DNA of 64,000 bases, taken from NCBI GenBank assembly GCA_002245135.1, contig NGBS01000302.1, positions 62,001-126,000 on the forward strand. Reading direction: 5' to 3'. Of this stretch, positions 27,067 through 40,022 are shown one piece after another (the stretch's first letter is position 1; each line of letters begins with the position of its first letter). The notes beneath the pieces were generated by a model, which had not been told where the DNA came from, did not search any database, and was given only the letters and a program-made list of their open reading frames with translations. This stretch comes from Proteromonas lacertae. Its lineage: Eukaryota. The translations under genes and the position numbers were made by a program.

Positions 27067-30000
27067 TTATTTACCAATATATCTCACCTTCTCTTTCTTC
27101 ATCTTGGATATAACACTTGTATTTCCTTGTGCAACACTTAATCTTGTCAATGTGGCATCAATTACTCTAACAGATTCATATAAAGTGGTTAATTGCTCTG
27201 TTAATTCAGAAAAAGTTGATATTTGTTCTCTAAGCGTTGATTTTATCTTATTCACATCATCCAATAATCTTTCATTGATAGGATTTTCATCTTGTGGACT
27301 TATCTCTTTATCATTCGATTTCTATAATAAATATATAGAATGAATATACTTTATTCTTTCTCTTTGTTTCATTTGTTCTTCTATACAATCCATTTGGTGT
27401 CCAGTATACCAAACCATCTCTTCCTTCCATCAAATCACCCCAATAAGCTTCATCAGATAAATCATAAATCACACATCTTCTTTTTAAACCATGTTTATTC
27501 TTTTTATCAGTCTGATGGTCTAAATAACTATCAGCCATATACTCCGCCATTAAAATATGCCAATTTACGTATGACTGATCACGAATGATGGGATATACAC
27601 TAGAAACAATAGCAATAAACAAATTCACCAAAATTAATGCCAATATCACATACACTACGAAATAAACAGTAAATAAAAACCTTCTATCTAAATTGAATAA
27701 AACAGAAAATCCATGATTAAATGCTGAGCAAAATAAATGAAAGAAGGTTGGAAGTATTTGATAGAACTGTATAATCTCTGGACCATATCCAATAATATAA
27801 GAAAATGTTAAAATCATCATTAAAAAGAAGAATACACAAATATATAACAGAACATCAATATCAACTACAGTTCTTAATACAGCTAAAATCATTGGTCCCC
27901 ATCCAGGAATTAAACGCAAAAACTTTATAAATCTCATACCTAATAAGAAGCAGATAAAAGAGATGAAATCTAATTCATATTTCATCAGTGCAATTAATGA
28001 TGAAAAATCTGTGAAATCAGTTGATAGAACATCTACTGTGTGATTTTTATACTATTTAAATGCATAATATATAACATATACAATAGCATTAGTGATCATA
28101 TCTAATATAGCAAGTGTTACTAAACAGAATATGATAATCCAATCATAAATCATCCAGAAATCTTTAAATTGATCACCTAAACCTTTACTTTGAATTATAT
28201 ATCTTACTTTGAAAAACATTTCAAATATAATTTCTACTATAACAATTAACTCAAAAATTAACTATATAAAAATATATATATATTAACCTATACAGATGGA
28301 GGAAATCTATTATCTGAGAAAATAACAGTCTTTACTGTATGTTTTGGTATTACTTCACCTGTCTGTAATCTTTCAACAATCAATTCTATTTGACAAATAC
28401 GTTCTGTAGCTGGATTGAATGTATGAAAATGATAATTAATCGATTGTGTATAATTATTGGATAAAGCAGTTAATAAATGTGATTGATATTCTTTTTTTGC
28501 TTCATCTAAATCAAATAATCCCAAATTCTTCTTAAAAACTGTATTAACATCACCAGTTAAACAGATATTAGTAATTCCAGCAAGTTTTACCCTGTCAAAA
28601 CTTTCACATTCTAATGTTTCATATGCTTTTTCTTCTATATATAAAGCACCAAATACATAACTATCAGCATGATAAGTAGCTGGTTTATCTATTTATATAT
28701 TAATAATATGTAAAATATAAAATATTATATTTATATATATATATACTATGATCAAACATCCCTGTAATTTTCGAATCTAAGAAATATGTTACTGTCCATT
28801 CTTCAAACTCTGCAAATGATTTGATTGATGTAAAACCATAATTATCCAAATCAGAATTTACTTGATATTGATACATAGTTTCTTTTTCTGAATGATAATC
28901 TAAAAATGCTGGTGTAAAAGCTAAAAACACCAAATAAGCAATAATAAATGTAACAACTTCAATAGAAAATTGTCTTAAACCAAATGCCATTTTGTGTTTT
29001 GTAACTTCAGGAGATGTTGACAGTAATTCAACCACTTGTGCATTTCTTAATTTAGAGGAAATTGGTTCATCTGGTTGCCTGTTCTTCAAATCTTTTGATA
29101 CAACATTTGTCCATTTGTCTTTTAAATGAATATCTGCATAATAGCACTCCACTTTTTTCTGAGATTCATATTGAACAATCTTCTTCTTCTTCTTTGGTTT
29201 CTGTGTATTTTTCTTTCTCCAAAATTGCCACCATTTAACTTCAGACTGTTTTTGTTTTTTCTCTTCTTCAATATCTTCCACTTTTGGTAAATTATATCCT
29301 GACACAATACTTCGTTTTATTAATGACAATGCATTTGGACCACCACTTAATGTTTGTGATTGTTGTATTTGAGATCCTTTTAAAATGGATGGTGTATTTG
29401 AAAATGCAATACTTTGTCCTGGCTGTTTTAGTATTGAAGAAATACCAACATTATTATTATTTTGTTTTATTGATTTACTCTTTGATTCCTTGTTCTTTGG
29501 ATTATTATTATTATTATTATTATCTCTATTTTCATTGTTATTCTCTTCACTTTCTCCATTATCTTCAGTTTTTTTCTTTTCGTTTTCATTTATTGCTGCT
29601 GCAATTTCTTTCAATAATGCTCTTCCATATGGTGTAATTTGAGTTCCATCTTCTTTCATTGGATTTACTCCATGATCTAATAACACTTTAATAACATCAA
29701 TATGACCAGCTTTTACAGCTAAACTTAATGGACTAAATTCATTTATATTATACCTATTAACCAATGAAGTATTACTTTTACCTTTATCTTCATTCTCTTC
29801 ATCATTTCTTTTCTTACTACCTTTACCTCCATCAGGTGTAGTTCCTCTTGTGACTATTGAATTAGCATTTGGACTTTTATCATGCATAAATGGAGTTTTT
29901 ATTATACTTAAATATCTCAAAGATGACTGATTAGTACCTGTTGTATTTCCATTTGTATTAGTGTTTGTATTGGTATTGGTATTGGTATTAGTGGTAGAAG

Positions 30001-33000
30001 AAGGTGTAATCGTCGCTGTTAATGGCGTTTTTGTACTTTTCATTTGTTCATGCATATTTCTAATCACCATTCTTGAGTTTAACGTTGATTTCTTATTATT
30101 GACAGGTGTTTCTGGTGATAATAAATCATCTACATTTGTTGATTTAACTGATGCTCTATCATCAACACTTCTACTTTCAATTAATTTGGTATTAATATTT
30201 GGTAATACTTCATCTTCAGTATGATATAAACTATCAATATCCATATGTTTATCACTTAATAACAGTGCTAAGATTTGTGCATGACCATTTGCACAGGCAT
30301 GATGTATTGCTGTAAAACCTCTTTTATCTTCCACTTCAATTTTTGCTCCATTTCTTAACAACAATTCACAGATTTTGAAATTTCCTAAGAATGAAGCTAA
30401 CATCAATGGAGTTGTTCCATTATTATCTGTTAATTCAATTTGTGCTTTGTTCTTTATCAACAATTCACAGATTGCTATAAAGCCTCTTTTTATAGAAATA
30501 TATAACGGAAATTGTCCAAAACTATCTTGTGTATCAATGTTGGCTATAATACTATCTTCAGATAATATCAATTTAGGAATAATATCAATTTGATCATTTC
30601 TACAAGCTCTTAACAAATACAAATTAAACAATTCAATCTTATTTCTTTCAGTTTGATCAACATTCTCTTTCAACGTTTCAATATCATTTACATCAACGTA
30701 ATTATCATTTAAAGCTTCTACTCCTTCTTTTTTCTTTATTGTATATCCTAATTTCAAAATGCCTCTAATCATTTCCAATGCATTTACTTGACACATTTCT
30801 TTTTCAGATTGTGTTAAATATTCGTATGGTACTAATTCTGAACTGACTTTCTCATTATTAGCAGCTGCTGGATCTGGTGAATACTTCCATCCTGCTTTTA
30901 TCTTCTCTTGTGACCATTCTTCATGTGTATTCTTAGATAATAAGTGAACCAACGGGATTTGTTCCATTGAAACTTCTATATTTGATGTATCTAAAGGTTC
31001 TGGAACATATCTTCTTGTTCTATATAACCAAATAATAAATAAAATAACTATACGCTTTCTTTATATTATGTTCATTCATATAATTCTTAGCAATATTATC
31101 AGAAACACATTCTATATCATATCCTAAATATTCAATCAATTTCACACTATGTTTAGCAGCATCAATATCCCATTTCTGATCTTCAGCTGACAAATCACAC
31201 CAAGCCTTTATCATTGGATGTATTTTCTTGTTATTATCTCTCTTTGGACCATATTTCCATCCATTTTCTATCTTTTCAGCACACCATACTTCATGACTAT
31301 TTTGTGATAAACATTGTATTAATGTATTTAAATATATATTATCTGGAATCGAAGATGTATCAATTGGATTTGGAACATATTTATAACCTTCAGATTCTCT
31401 TTTATCTACACCAAGCAAAGCTTGACATGTATTCTTTTGACAAGCACAATAAGTGTCTTGAACTAATCCAACATAAGAAGTTTTATGATTACCATGACAT
31501 CTTGTTTTACAGATTAAACAGATATTTGTATCACACTCATCACAGTGATATATATGCTGAGTTATTGGATTAGTAAATGTAGCAAATGAGAAATGTACAA
31601 CTGTGTGTGTCTAAATAAAACAATAGTAATATTTATTAAATATAATAATAATAATAATATATACATTTCATTCTTTTTGTTAATTTCAACAACAAATCAT
31701 CAATCACAATCTTATTTTCATCAAACCTCAGCAAGCCTTCTACTACATCCACATCACCACTTAATAGTGTATAATTCAATATTTTATTAACAGGAACACC
31801 AGTACATCTAGTAACATGTGAACCACCTAATATCAAGGCAGAAATACAATCGAAATTATCTCTCAAAATCTATTAAGAATAAAATAAAATAAAAAAACAT
31901 AATATATACAGCATAATCTAATTCACTATATCCAGTCTCTTCATTAATTCTATTACATAGCAAAGGCTCTTGCCAAATATCATAAGTGGTATCTTGTAAA
32001 CAATAAATAGAATCACATCGATCATTCCATGTGATAATATCTAAAAATGAATATCCTTGTTTCAAGATCTTATTAATTGGCATTGATTGTAAAACTTCAA
32101 AATTTGTAGAACCATTGACTTCAGATAATAATCCAGTTTTACCTAACAAAAACATCGGACTCCATCCTAATTTATCTTCAGCATTCATTAATTCTATTTT
32201 ACCTTCTAAACTACTCACTTTATTAAATAACATCCTCATTAATTCCAAAGAAACATTCTCATGATTGTCACTAGTATTTGTACATTTTAAACACATAAAC
32301 AAAGGTGTAGTTTGATAAAATGATTCAACTAAAGGATCTGCACCTTTCTCTAATAGCAATTCAACCACTTCCATATTACCTAACTCACAACTAATCATTA
32401 AAGGAGTATAGCCATCTACTAAAGATGAAATATTTACATCAATATTACCTATTATCAATAATTGTTTTATTACATTAATATCATTCATTCTACAAGCAAT
32501 ATGTAGTGGTGTTTCTCCATTACGATCTACTCCATTTGGTTCAATATCACATTCTATTAAATACTTCAATACGAAATCTCTTTTCGCTTTTATAGCACAA
32601 TGATAAGGTGTTTCATTAAGAGGAGGAACATGTCCACTTAGATATTGACATTGATTTAGTAATTTAGTGACAATTGCATCAGATTCATTATAAATGGCAT
32701 GGCACAAATCCAATGTTTCAGGTGCTATTAAATATAAAATAAGAAAAATATAAATATATACGCAATTCTTTAAAGCAAACTATATAACTCAAAATACTCT
32801 GATCATTTAAAGTTCCTTCACTTCCTCCTAACACAATTTGATCACCAGATCTTACAACATCACTCTTTTCATACACATTAAAACATATATTTGTAGTATC
32901 AGTATAAACAGCGTAGGAAGTACGAGTAAATTTATTACTATTTAACCATTTCACTTCGAAATTAGTAGCAGGCCAAAGGATATACAATCTACACCTAATT

Positions 33001-34019
33001 CTTATTGTTAATGACATAAAATCTGAAGACGTGTTCGTTCTATCAACATGATGACCTTTTATATAAGGACAGCCTCTTAATTCATCACTTATTCGTGTTA
33101 TTTTCTGTTTTCTATCTGTCCAAGGCTTTTCACCAACATCTAATGGTTCATTATTGATTTCATATTGTCCACTTCCTTTACAAGATATTTCACAGATTGA
33201 ATCTTCTATTACTAATGAAGAATTCATTTCTTTTTCATATATTTGAAGTAATTCTAAACCTGTTGATAAAACTGTCCTTACTTTTTCATATTCTAATTTT
33301 TTATAAACTTCTTTCATATCCTCTTGATTAAATCCTTTACATGCATCTGTTATACAAAATATCTTTGCTGATGGTGCATATATGCCACAATCTAATATAT
33401 TAAACTGAATACCATATTCAACAGCTAATCCACAGAAATACACTTCTTTTATTGATTTTTGTGTGAATAATTCCGATAGAAGACCTTGTTCATTCTTTTT
33501 ATATTCTCTAAAACCAGAATCTATTATTCATATGTTAATTGATATATACAATTATCGATTGTTGGATCAGTTCCACATCTAACTATTATATCAGAACCTC
33601 TTACAAGAAGATCGGGATGTAACTCAGCTCCATGTGTTCCTGCTACACAAAAATCAGTCCAGAGAAGCTGAGAACCAATTATAGGAACATGACTAATTTT
33701 ACCTTTAGCATAACCCTAAAATATTATGTTATACAATTTTATTAATAAATATACTGGATTGTTTGAACAAAAAGAACTATTATTAATAATAAAGAGAAAA
33801 ATATACCAATGATTCAGAGGATGCCACAGCTTGTAATATTACTGTGTAATCAAAATCTTTACGCCTTAATTTATTAATCACAGGGATAATATCAACAGCA
33901 TTTTCAATAGGAACGGCTCCGCCTTCAAAGTAATCGTTCTAATGTAAAGATATGTATTAGTTATGTTATACTTGAACATCTACAATAACCAAAGCCCTTA
34001 CTATATGTTCTTTTGACAT
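27067..34019 (-). CDS. Multidomain PKD/TRP-type cation channel: pseudo-nicotinamidase, beta-rich domain, ankyrins, UBR-box-like Zn finger, 2 RyR repeats, ankyrins, 6-TM pore, coiled coil
   Basis: Exons splice through GT-AG introns with two single-base corrections (about 33830 and 31590); ALVIVDVQNDY; GETPLHIAC; YVPNPIDTS..NSHEVW..GWKYG; RFIKFLRLIPGWGP and LVNLFIAIV S4-S6 signature. Confidence 0.85.
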
Positions 34020-34135
34020 TTAAAACGAAAACTTGTCAAAAGCATGTAATTTACTTAAATTGTGTAACTGTTATTTTTCACAATCAAAAAACAGTAATCA
34101 ATCATATATGTAGTGTATTAAAGCATTTCATTTAT

Positions 34136-36540
34136 TTATTTGTAGAGAAATTCAAGTTCTAATACGTATTTGATCTTGATTTGCTTTGTATTATATACAA
34201 TCCACTCGTTGTATAGTAATGATGAATCACGGATGTTGGTCTCAATTGCTGGTTTTAAAGCTGGGAATGTAGCACCATTAATCTCAGCTTCAGTTGAGAA
34301 ATCAGGACAATATCTACCAATACCTTCTGTACATTGACAACCAGGTGGTAATTTTGTAACAAATTCAGAATGTTTTAGTAAATAAGGTTTTCCGAGTGAT
34401 ACATCACACAAGAACATTATTCCATTGTTGTTGTTATATTGAGCATAACAATAGTTGGCACTTTTACTAACCATATCAGCGAAGTACACACCTTTACCGA
34501 ACATATATCCAGTCACTGGAGCTTCTGGTGGTGCAATTCTTAATCCTTGAGATAAAATACCAGCTACATTAGATAAACGAGTGCCATGCCATAATAACTT
34601 ATGATTACCATATTCAGCTTCAAATGGACCATCTTCATCATATCTTTTAACTCTAAACAAATTCTTCAAATTCAATGTGTAATTATTATGTGTCTTTCCA
34701 TGTGTATTTTTGATGTATTTCGTTATTAAATCATAATCTACTTCATCTTTATTCACTACTTCCATGTCAATATGTAATGAGTTGAAATGTTCGTCAATTG
34801 GACTGAGCATTTCAGTACTACCACTTCCACCAGTCATATTATTCACTAAAGATGCTGTTGTTGATAAATCCATCAAAGTATCACACAATTTAATTTTCTC
34901 ATTTAACAAATCCATTGTATTTATAAGAGTTGGTTCGGATTTACCAAAATCATGAGGAATAATGTTATAAAACGCATTACAGCAATCAATAATCTTCGAA
35001 TCTCTAAATGCTTTTTTCATACCTTTTTTACTTCTTGAACCAACTGCTAATTCCTTTGTATTTAATACTTCTTGCAGTTCATTCAATACACTATATGCTT
35101 TAGATATTTGATTCTTTGATATTTTACCTAAAGGCATCTTACTAATATCAATCTTTAATTCAACTAATGTGTTTGTCAACATCTTTATATCAAATATCAT
35201 TTCTATAAAATGTTGTATTTCTTTACGGTAATTTAGGATTGAATTTCAGGATGTTCTATTTTCATATCTTTTACATCAGAATAATCAATATCTAATGGGA
35301 AGAATAAACCAGGTTTCTTAACCAATGATTTATGAGTTGGATCCCATTCATTTCCAGTCTTTTCTCTGAATAAATCTTTGAATATTTTAATTATATCACT
35401 CTTTGAACTAGACACATCAAATTTATCTCCACCATTTTTTGTACCAACTCTTCCCCATTTTCTATATAAACGATAAGTACTACTATTATTTGGTACAATA
35501 GATTTGTATTTTGTAATATCCATTTAAACCCTTTGCTATATCACTCATTATCATCGTTTCACTATACACTTTATTACCTTCATTGTAATATTGTTGCTGT
35601 TTCTGCAGAATAGCCACTGTCTTCATCAATTGCTGCTGATCCACTTAATTTTCAATGATGCTAAAGAATCAGAAGATGAAGCTGATGATGATGATGTTTT
35701 CAACTTCTTTAATGGAGTTTTTTCTTTCTTTTCTGCTTCAAAATACAGTAAATATGGTTGAGGATCAATGAATTCATTTTTCTTTTCGCATTCTTCTATA
35801 TATTCACTATCAAGAATAGGAATATGTAAATCTAAATATTCTTGAATTAATTGGATTTCATCATTAGATGGATTCATATTACTCAACATATACTGAGCAT
35901 TTGCTATTTTAGTTTTTGTTACTACACTTCCACCTAAATTTGTAATCTATTTTATAATATTAATAATATATTTAATATACAATCTTCTTCAAGTTATTTG
36001 GCATTGTTTTACCAATATAATGAAATGCAGCACATTTCACACTTCTCAATTCATTTGGTAAAACAATTGGGAATAATCTAATCTCATGTTTATATTTCTT
36101 AGCTTTATATTTCTTCAACTTTGTATCATCACAATAATCACCAAATTCAAATGGTTCTCTTAATGGACAAAGTGTATGAAATACACATTTACTGTATTCA
36201 TTAGACCAATCAGTACAGCAATATTTATCACCCACTAATTGAACATTTCCTTTACAAATTGGACATGGCGCAGGTTTTCCAAACACAATATTATCAACTA
36301 AATTATCTATACTATCAGCATTGAATGTTTTCACATTGATATTGTTGATATTGCATAAATCAATACCTTCTGATTTTCCAATATCTTTCATTACTGATTT
36401 CACATCCCATAATTCATTCGATTGATCTTTATAACTATTATATATAAACAGAAATAAAAATTAAAAAAATATTGTATTTATACCTTTTATGATAAACAAT
36501 TGGAAATGAAGCTGTAGGTTCTTCCTTCTTTCCTATTTAT

Positions 36541-36572
<32 letters not shown>

Positions 36573-37258
36573 GTAATATACTTTTATTGCCTCTCTTTTT
36601 CTTCTCTACTTTCTCACCAGTTATTTCAGTGATTTTTTCAATACAGTCTTTCTTATCATCATCATCTAAATCGTCCAAACCTTCCATTTCAACTGTTATA
36701 TTAATTCCAAGCTTCTGGAAATTATCTAAAACACATTGGAAATGATAATATCTCATCACTTCGCCACTGAAAGATCGACTGTCGCTAAATTCCATTCTAC
36801 CAATTCTGATTTCACCTTTTTTTATCTTTTCATCACAACCTATTCAACAATAATTATATAATTATTATACTTTTGCAAGCTGCTCCACCACTTTTAGCAT
36901 ACTGGATAGTTAACTCCTTTGGCTTTGGCTTTGTTGATTCTTTTTCAAATCTTTTGTTGAACATTTGTTGATCATCATATTTCAAATTGCTAAATCCATC
37001 AATCTATTAAGATCATAACATTTTTACTATACTTCATCTGTTGAAACTGGATAATGTCTTGTTTCCCAAATACAACTGAAATGATACCAGTTATCCATCA
37101 AACCATCGAAGAATGGGCTTTGTGTCTTGTAAGAAACTCTAACTGAGTCTTTGGCTATAAAAGATAAAAAATAAATGGTTACAAATAGTTCCCGAACACT
37201 TCTTACATGTAGCTCTACCGCTCTTAGCGTATTCAGTCTTAAACAATTTTTGTTCCAT
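34136..37258 (-). CDS. PARP1: Poly(ADP-ribose) polymerase 1
   Basis: Two EYAKS zinc fingers, PADR1 (CPICKG), BRCT-like region, WGR (KWGRVG), MPLGKIS regulatory domain, catalytic LLWHGTR / GVYFAD / YNEWIVY. Confidence 0.96.
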
Positions 37259-37617
37259 CGATTTTACAGCAAAGTAATAAATTCCAGAATTTGTATCAAA
37301 TTCCCTCTTAAAATAGATTCGTTTCTTATTTATCAAACTCATAATCAAACTAACTCAAAAATTAAAAATTAAAATATCTTATGTTTAGAGGTGGTTATAA
37401 TGTAAACAGTGTTGTGAAAAAGATTCACAAGCGACAATTACTGCTAGCAAGAAATATAATAAATATATCGCCTAAAGTAATGTATGTAGAAAAAACTAAA
37501 ATTTTATTTATCTATAGCGTTTTCATATTGTTGAATTATATTTTTCCTCCGTTTTAATATGTTTTTCTAGATTTACATTTATGAAGTAAATTACATTGTC
37601 ATTTCTATTTTTAATTA

Positions 37618-38452
37618 ATGGCGCGTTCTCGTGAGTTTTTAGAGAATTATTTCAATGAAATTACAGCTGATAGTGAAAGACAAAGAAGATTTATGCTTTT
37701 AATTAGGAGAGTTGATAAAGTATTTTTTTAAATTATCATATGTATAGCTCTATATAAGAAAAAGAGATGAATTAAAAAAGTTACAAAATGAACATGTAGA
37801 AAAATTGCAGAAATTTATTCACGATGGAGGAAAAGTCTCTGATTTTGGCTCTGTAGAAGAAAATGCTGAACTAATTAAAAGAATCAAAAATTTAACTGAT
37901 GAAACACAGATGTTAGCAAATCAAAAAGTATGATTTAGTATAATTCAATTGAAATAGATAATTATAGCTCAACAGTCTTATCAGAAAATAGATAATGAAG
38001 TAAATCGGTTAGATAAAGAGGCTATAATACTTAAAAATTATCTAGAATCAACATCCACTGTAGAAGAATATGAAGAACCAATTTTGGTATAATCAATGTA
38101 TTATTATATCAAATAGACACCTGTAGTAGAAAGAAGAGGTAGAAAAAGAACAATACATACACCAGCTCCGTCTCTACCACAAGCCAATGATGGAATTACT
38201 TTAGATTATCCTCCAACAGAAGAACCAGTGTATTGTACATGTAGACAAGTATCTTATGGCGAGATGATTGCATGTGACGGTGAAAATTGTGCAATAGAAT
38301 GGTTTCATTATCCTTGTGTTAATCTGACTGTTCCACCAAGAGGTAAATGGTATTGTCCTGAGTGTAGAAAGGGAAGACAAGGACTTAATGAAAATGGTGA
38401 AGAGATTGTACCAAATTCAGAATTAGATCAACAAATATCAAGTATAAATTAA
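37618..38452 (+). CDS. Inhibitor of growth (ING) family PHD finger protein
   Basis: N-terminal coiled coil and EPVYCTCRQVSYGEMIACD..CAIEWFHYPCV..PRGKWYCPEC. Confidence 0.92.
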
Positions 38453-38460
38453 TCTTAACA

Positions 38461-39129
38461 TTATTTATAAATTATTTTATTCTTCTTTTTTCTTTTTATC
38501 ATGTTCATAATCTACTAAATAAGAACGACTCATAAACAATATCATTTCTGTAAATAATATCACTATTGAGAATAATAATCCAAGTATCAAACCCTAATTA
38601 ATCATTATAATAATTATATATAAATATACTGAATATAAATTGTGTAACCAATTCATTCCAATGTAATAACCAACAAAAAACATAACGAAAACTGCAATTA
38701 AAGAATTTAATCCAATTGCATAGTAATTTGAATATGTATGTCCTTCGGCAACAACAACTGGTTTGGGTCTTACAATGTTACTTACCATTTGATTATATTC
38801 TCTTTCTTCTTGTTTTCTTTTCAAATATTCTCTCCTTTTTTCCAATTCTTTGGACTATGCACAATATATATTAACAAGTTATACTGGTTTATCTGTTCCA
38901 GAGGTGGTATATTTATATTCTTCACTATTTTATTCAAATACAAATCTGTTTTTGATGTATTCCGCATATATTCAATGATTGAATTCATTTTTTCTATTGT
39001 ACCTAAAGGAAAACCTTGATTATCATCTACGTATTCTTTAATCATCGAAATTTCTTGATCTGGCAGTTCATTATCTTTAATTATGTTAGTTAAAAATGTT
39101 TTTCCTTCTTCTGTCAATTGATATCGCAT
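38461..39129 (-). CDS. V-ATPase assembly factor Vma12/TMEM199-like
   Basis: LKRKQEEREYNQMV motif followed by two hydrophobic helices and a lysine-rich tail. Confidence 0.75.
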
Positions 39130-39194
39130 TATAATTGATTTTTAAAAATTCAAACCTGTTTGTGTTTCAGCTTGATCTGATTTGAACTGAATAA

Positions 39195-39892
39195 ATGAGA
39201 ATTGGTGTTTTAGCGTTACAAGGAGCATTTATTGAACATGAGAAGATGCTCAATGAATGTGGAGTTGATGCAGTTGAGATCCGTAAACCTGATCAACTCA
39301 AAGACATTGATGGTCTGATAATCCCAGGTGGTGAAAGCACAGGTATTGACTATTTTCCAATTTTTCAATTATATTTGTATAGCTATGGCAAGAATTGCAG
39401 AGCCTTTTCATTTTTTTGAACACATTCGTGATTTCATTAAATCTGGAAAACCAGTATATGGCACTTGTGCTGGAATGATTTTACTATCTAATAAAGTCAG
39501 TGGTCAAAAAATTGGAGGACAAGAATTAATAGGCAGGAATGGATATTGAAACACACAGAAATTTCTTTGGTAGACAACTTGATAGTTTTGAATTTTCTTT
39601 TACAGTTCCAGATATTGGTGGAACAGATAGATTTACAGCAGTTTTCATAAGAGCTCCAGCAATTATGAAATGTGGTCCAAAAGCTAAATCCTTAGGCACA
39701 TTGACAGTTCCAGTGTGTGAAGAAGTGGCTAATAAATTGAATATTGTAACTGGAGTAGATTATACTGTAACTGTAGCTGCAAGACAAGATAATATGTTAG
39801 TTACTGCATTTCATCCAGAATTAACTCATGATAGAAGATTTCATCAGTATTTTGTTGGTATGGTCAATCAATATATTAACACTAAAAAGTAA
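39195..39892 (+). CDS. PDX2: Pyridoxal 5'-phosphate synthase glutaminase subunit
   Basis: [43 protein letters not shown]; one intron and a +1 indel near 39535. Confidence 0.95.
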
Positions 39893-40022
39893 AATTGTAT
39901 TTATAATATTATATATATATATTTTCTTCATTTTGTCATTTTTTGTAATTCAACAAAATAACCCATTAATAATAGTTAAAATAATAATAATAATAATAAA
40001 CATAGATATATATTATATTATA

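Noticed and set aside
36545..36572. (TA)n and (TAT)n microsatellites here and elsewhere
   Set aside because: Ordinary slippage repeats in AT-rich introns or poly-Asn codons
1895..39540. Many +1 frameshifts in essential genes (RPA2 about 1900 and 2375, DCTN4 about 6585, channel about 33830 and 31590, PARP1 about 35230 and 35645, PDX2 about 39535) as programmed frameshifting, RNA editing or pseudogenes
   Set aside because: Mostly single-base insertions, often in homopolymers, with no shared slippery or stop motif; at 2375 the conserved [11 protein letters not shown] shifts with no stop nearby. Best explained by long-read consensus error; short-read polishing would settle it
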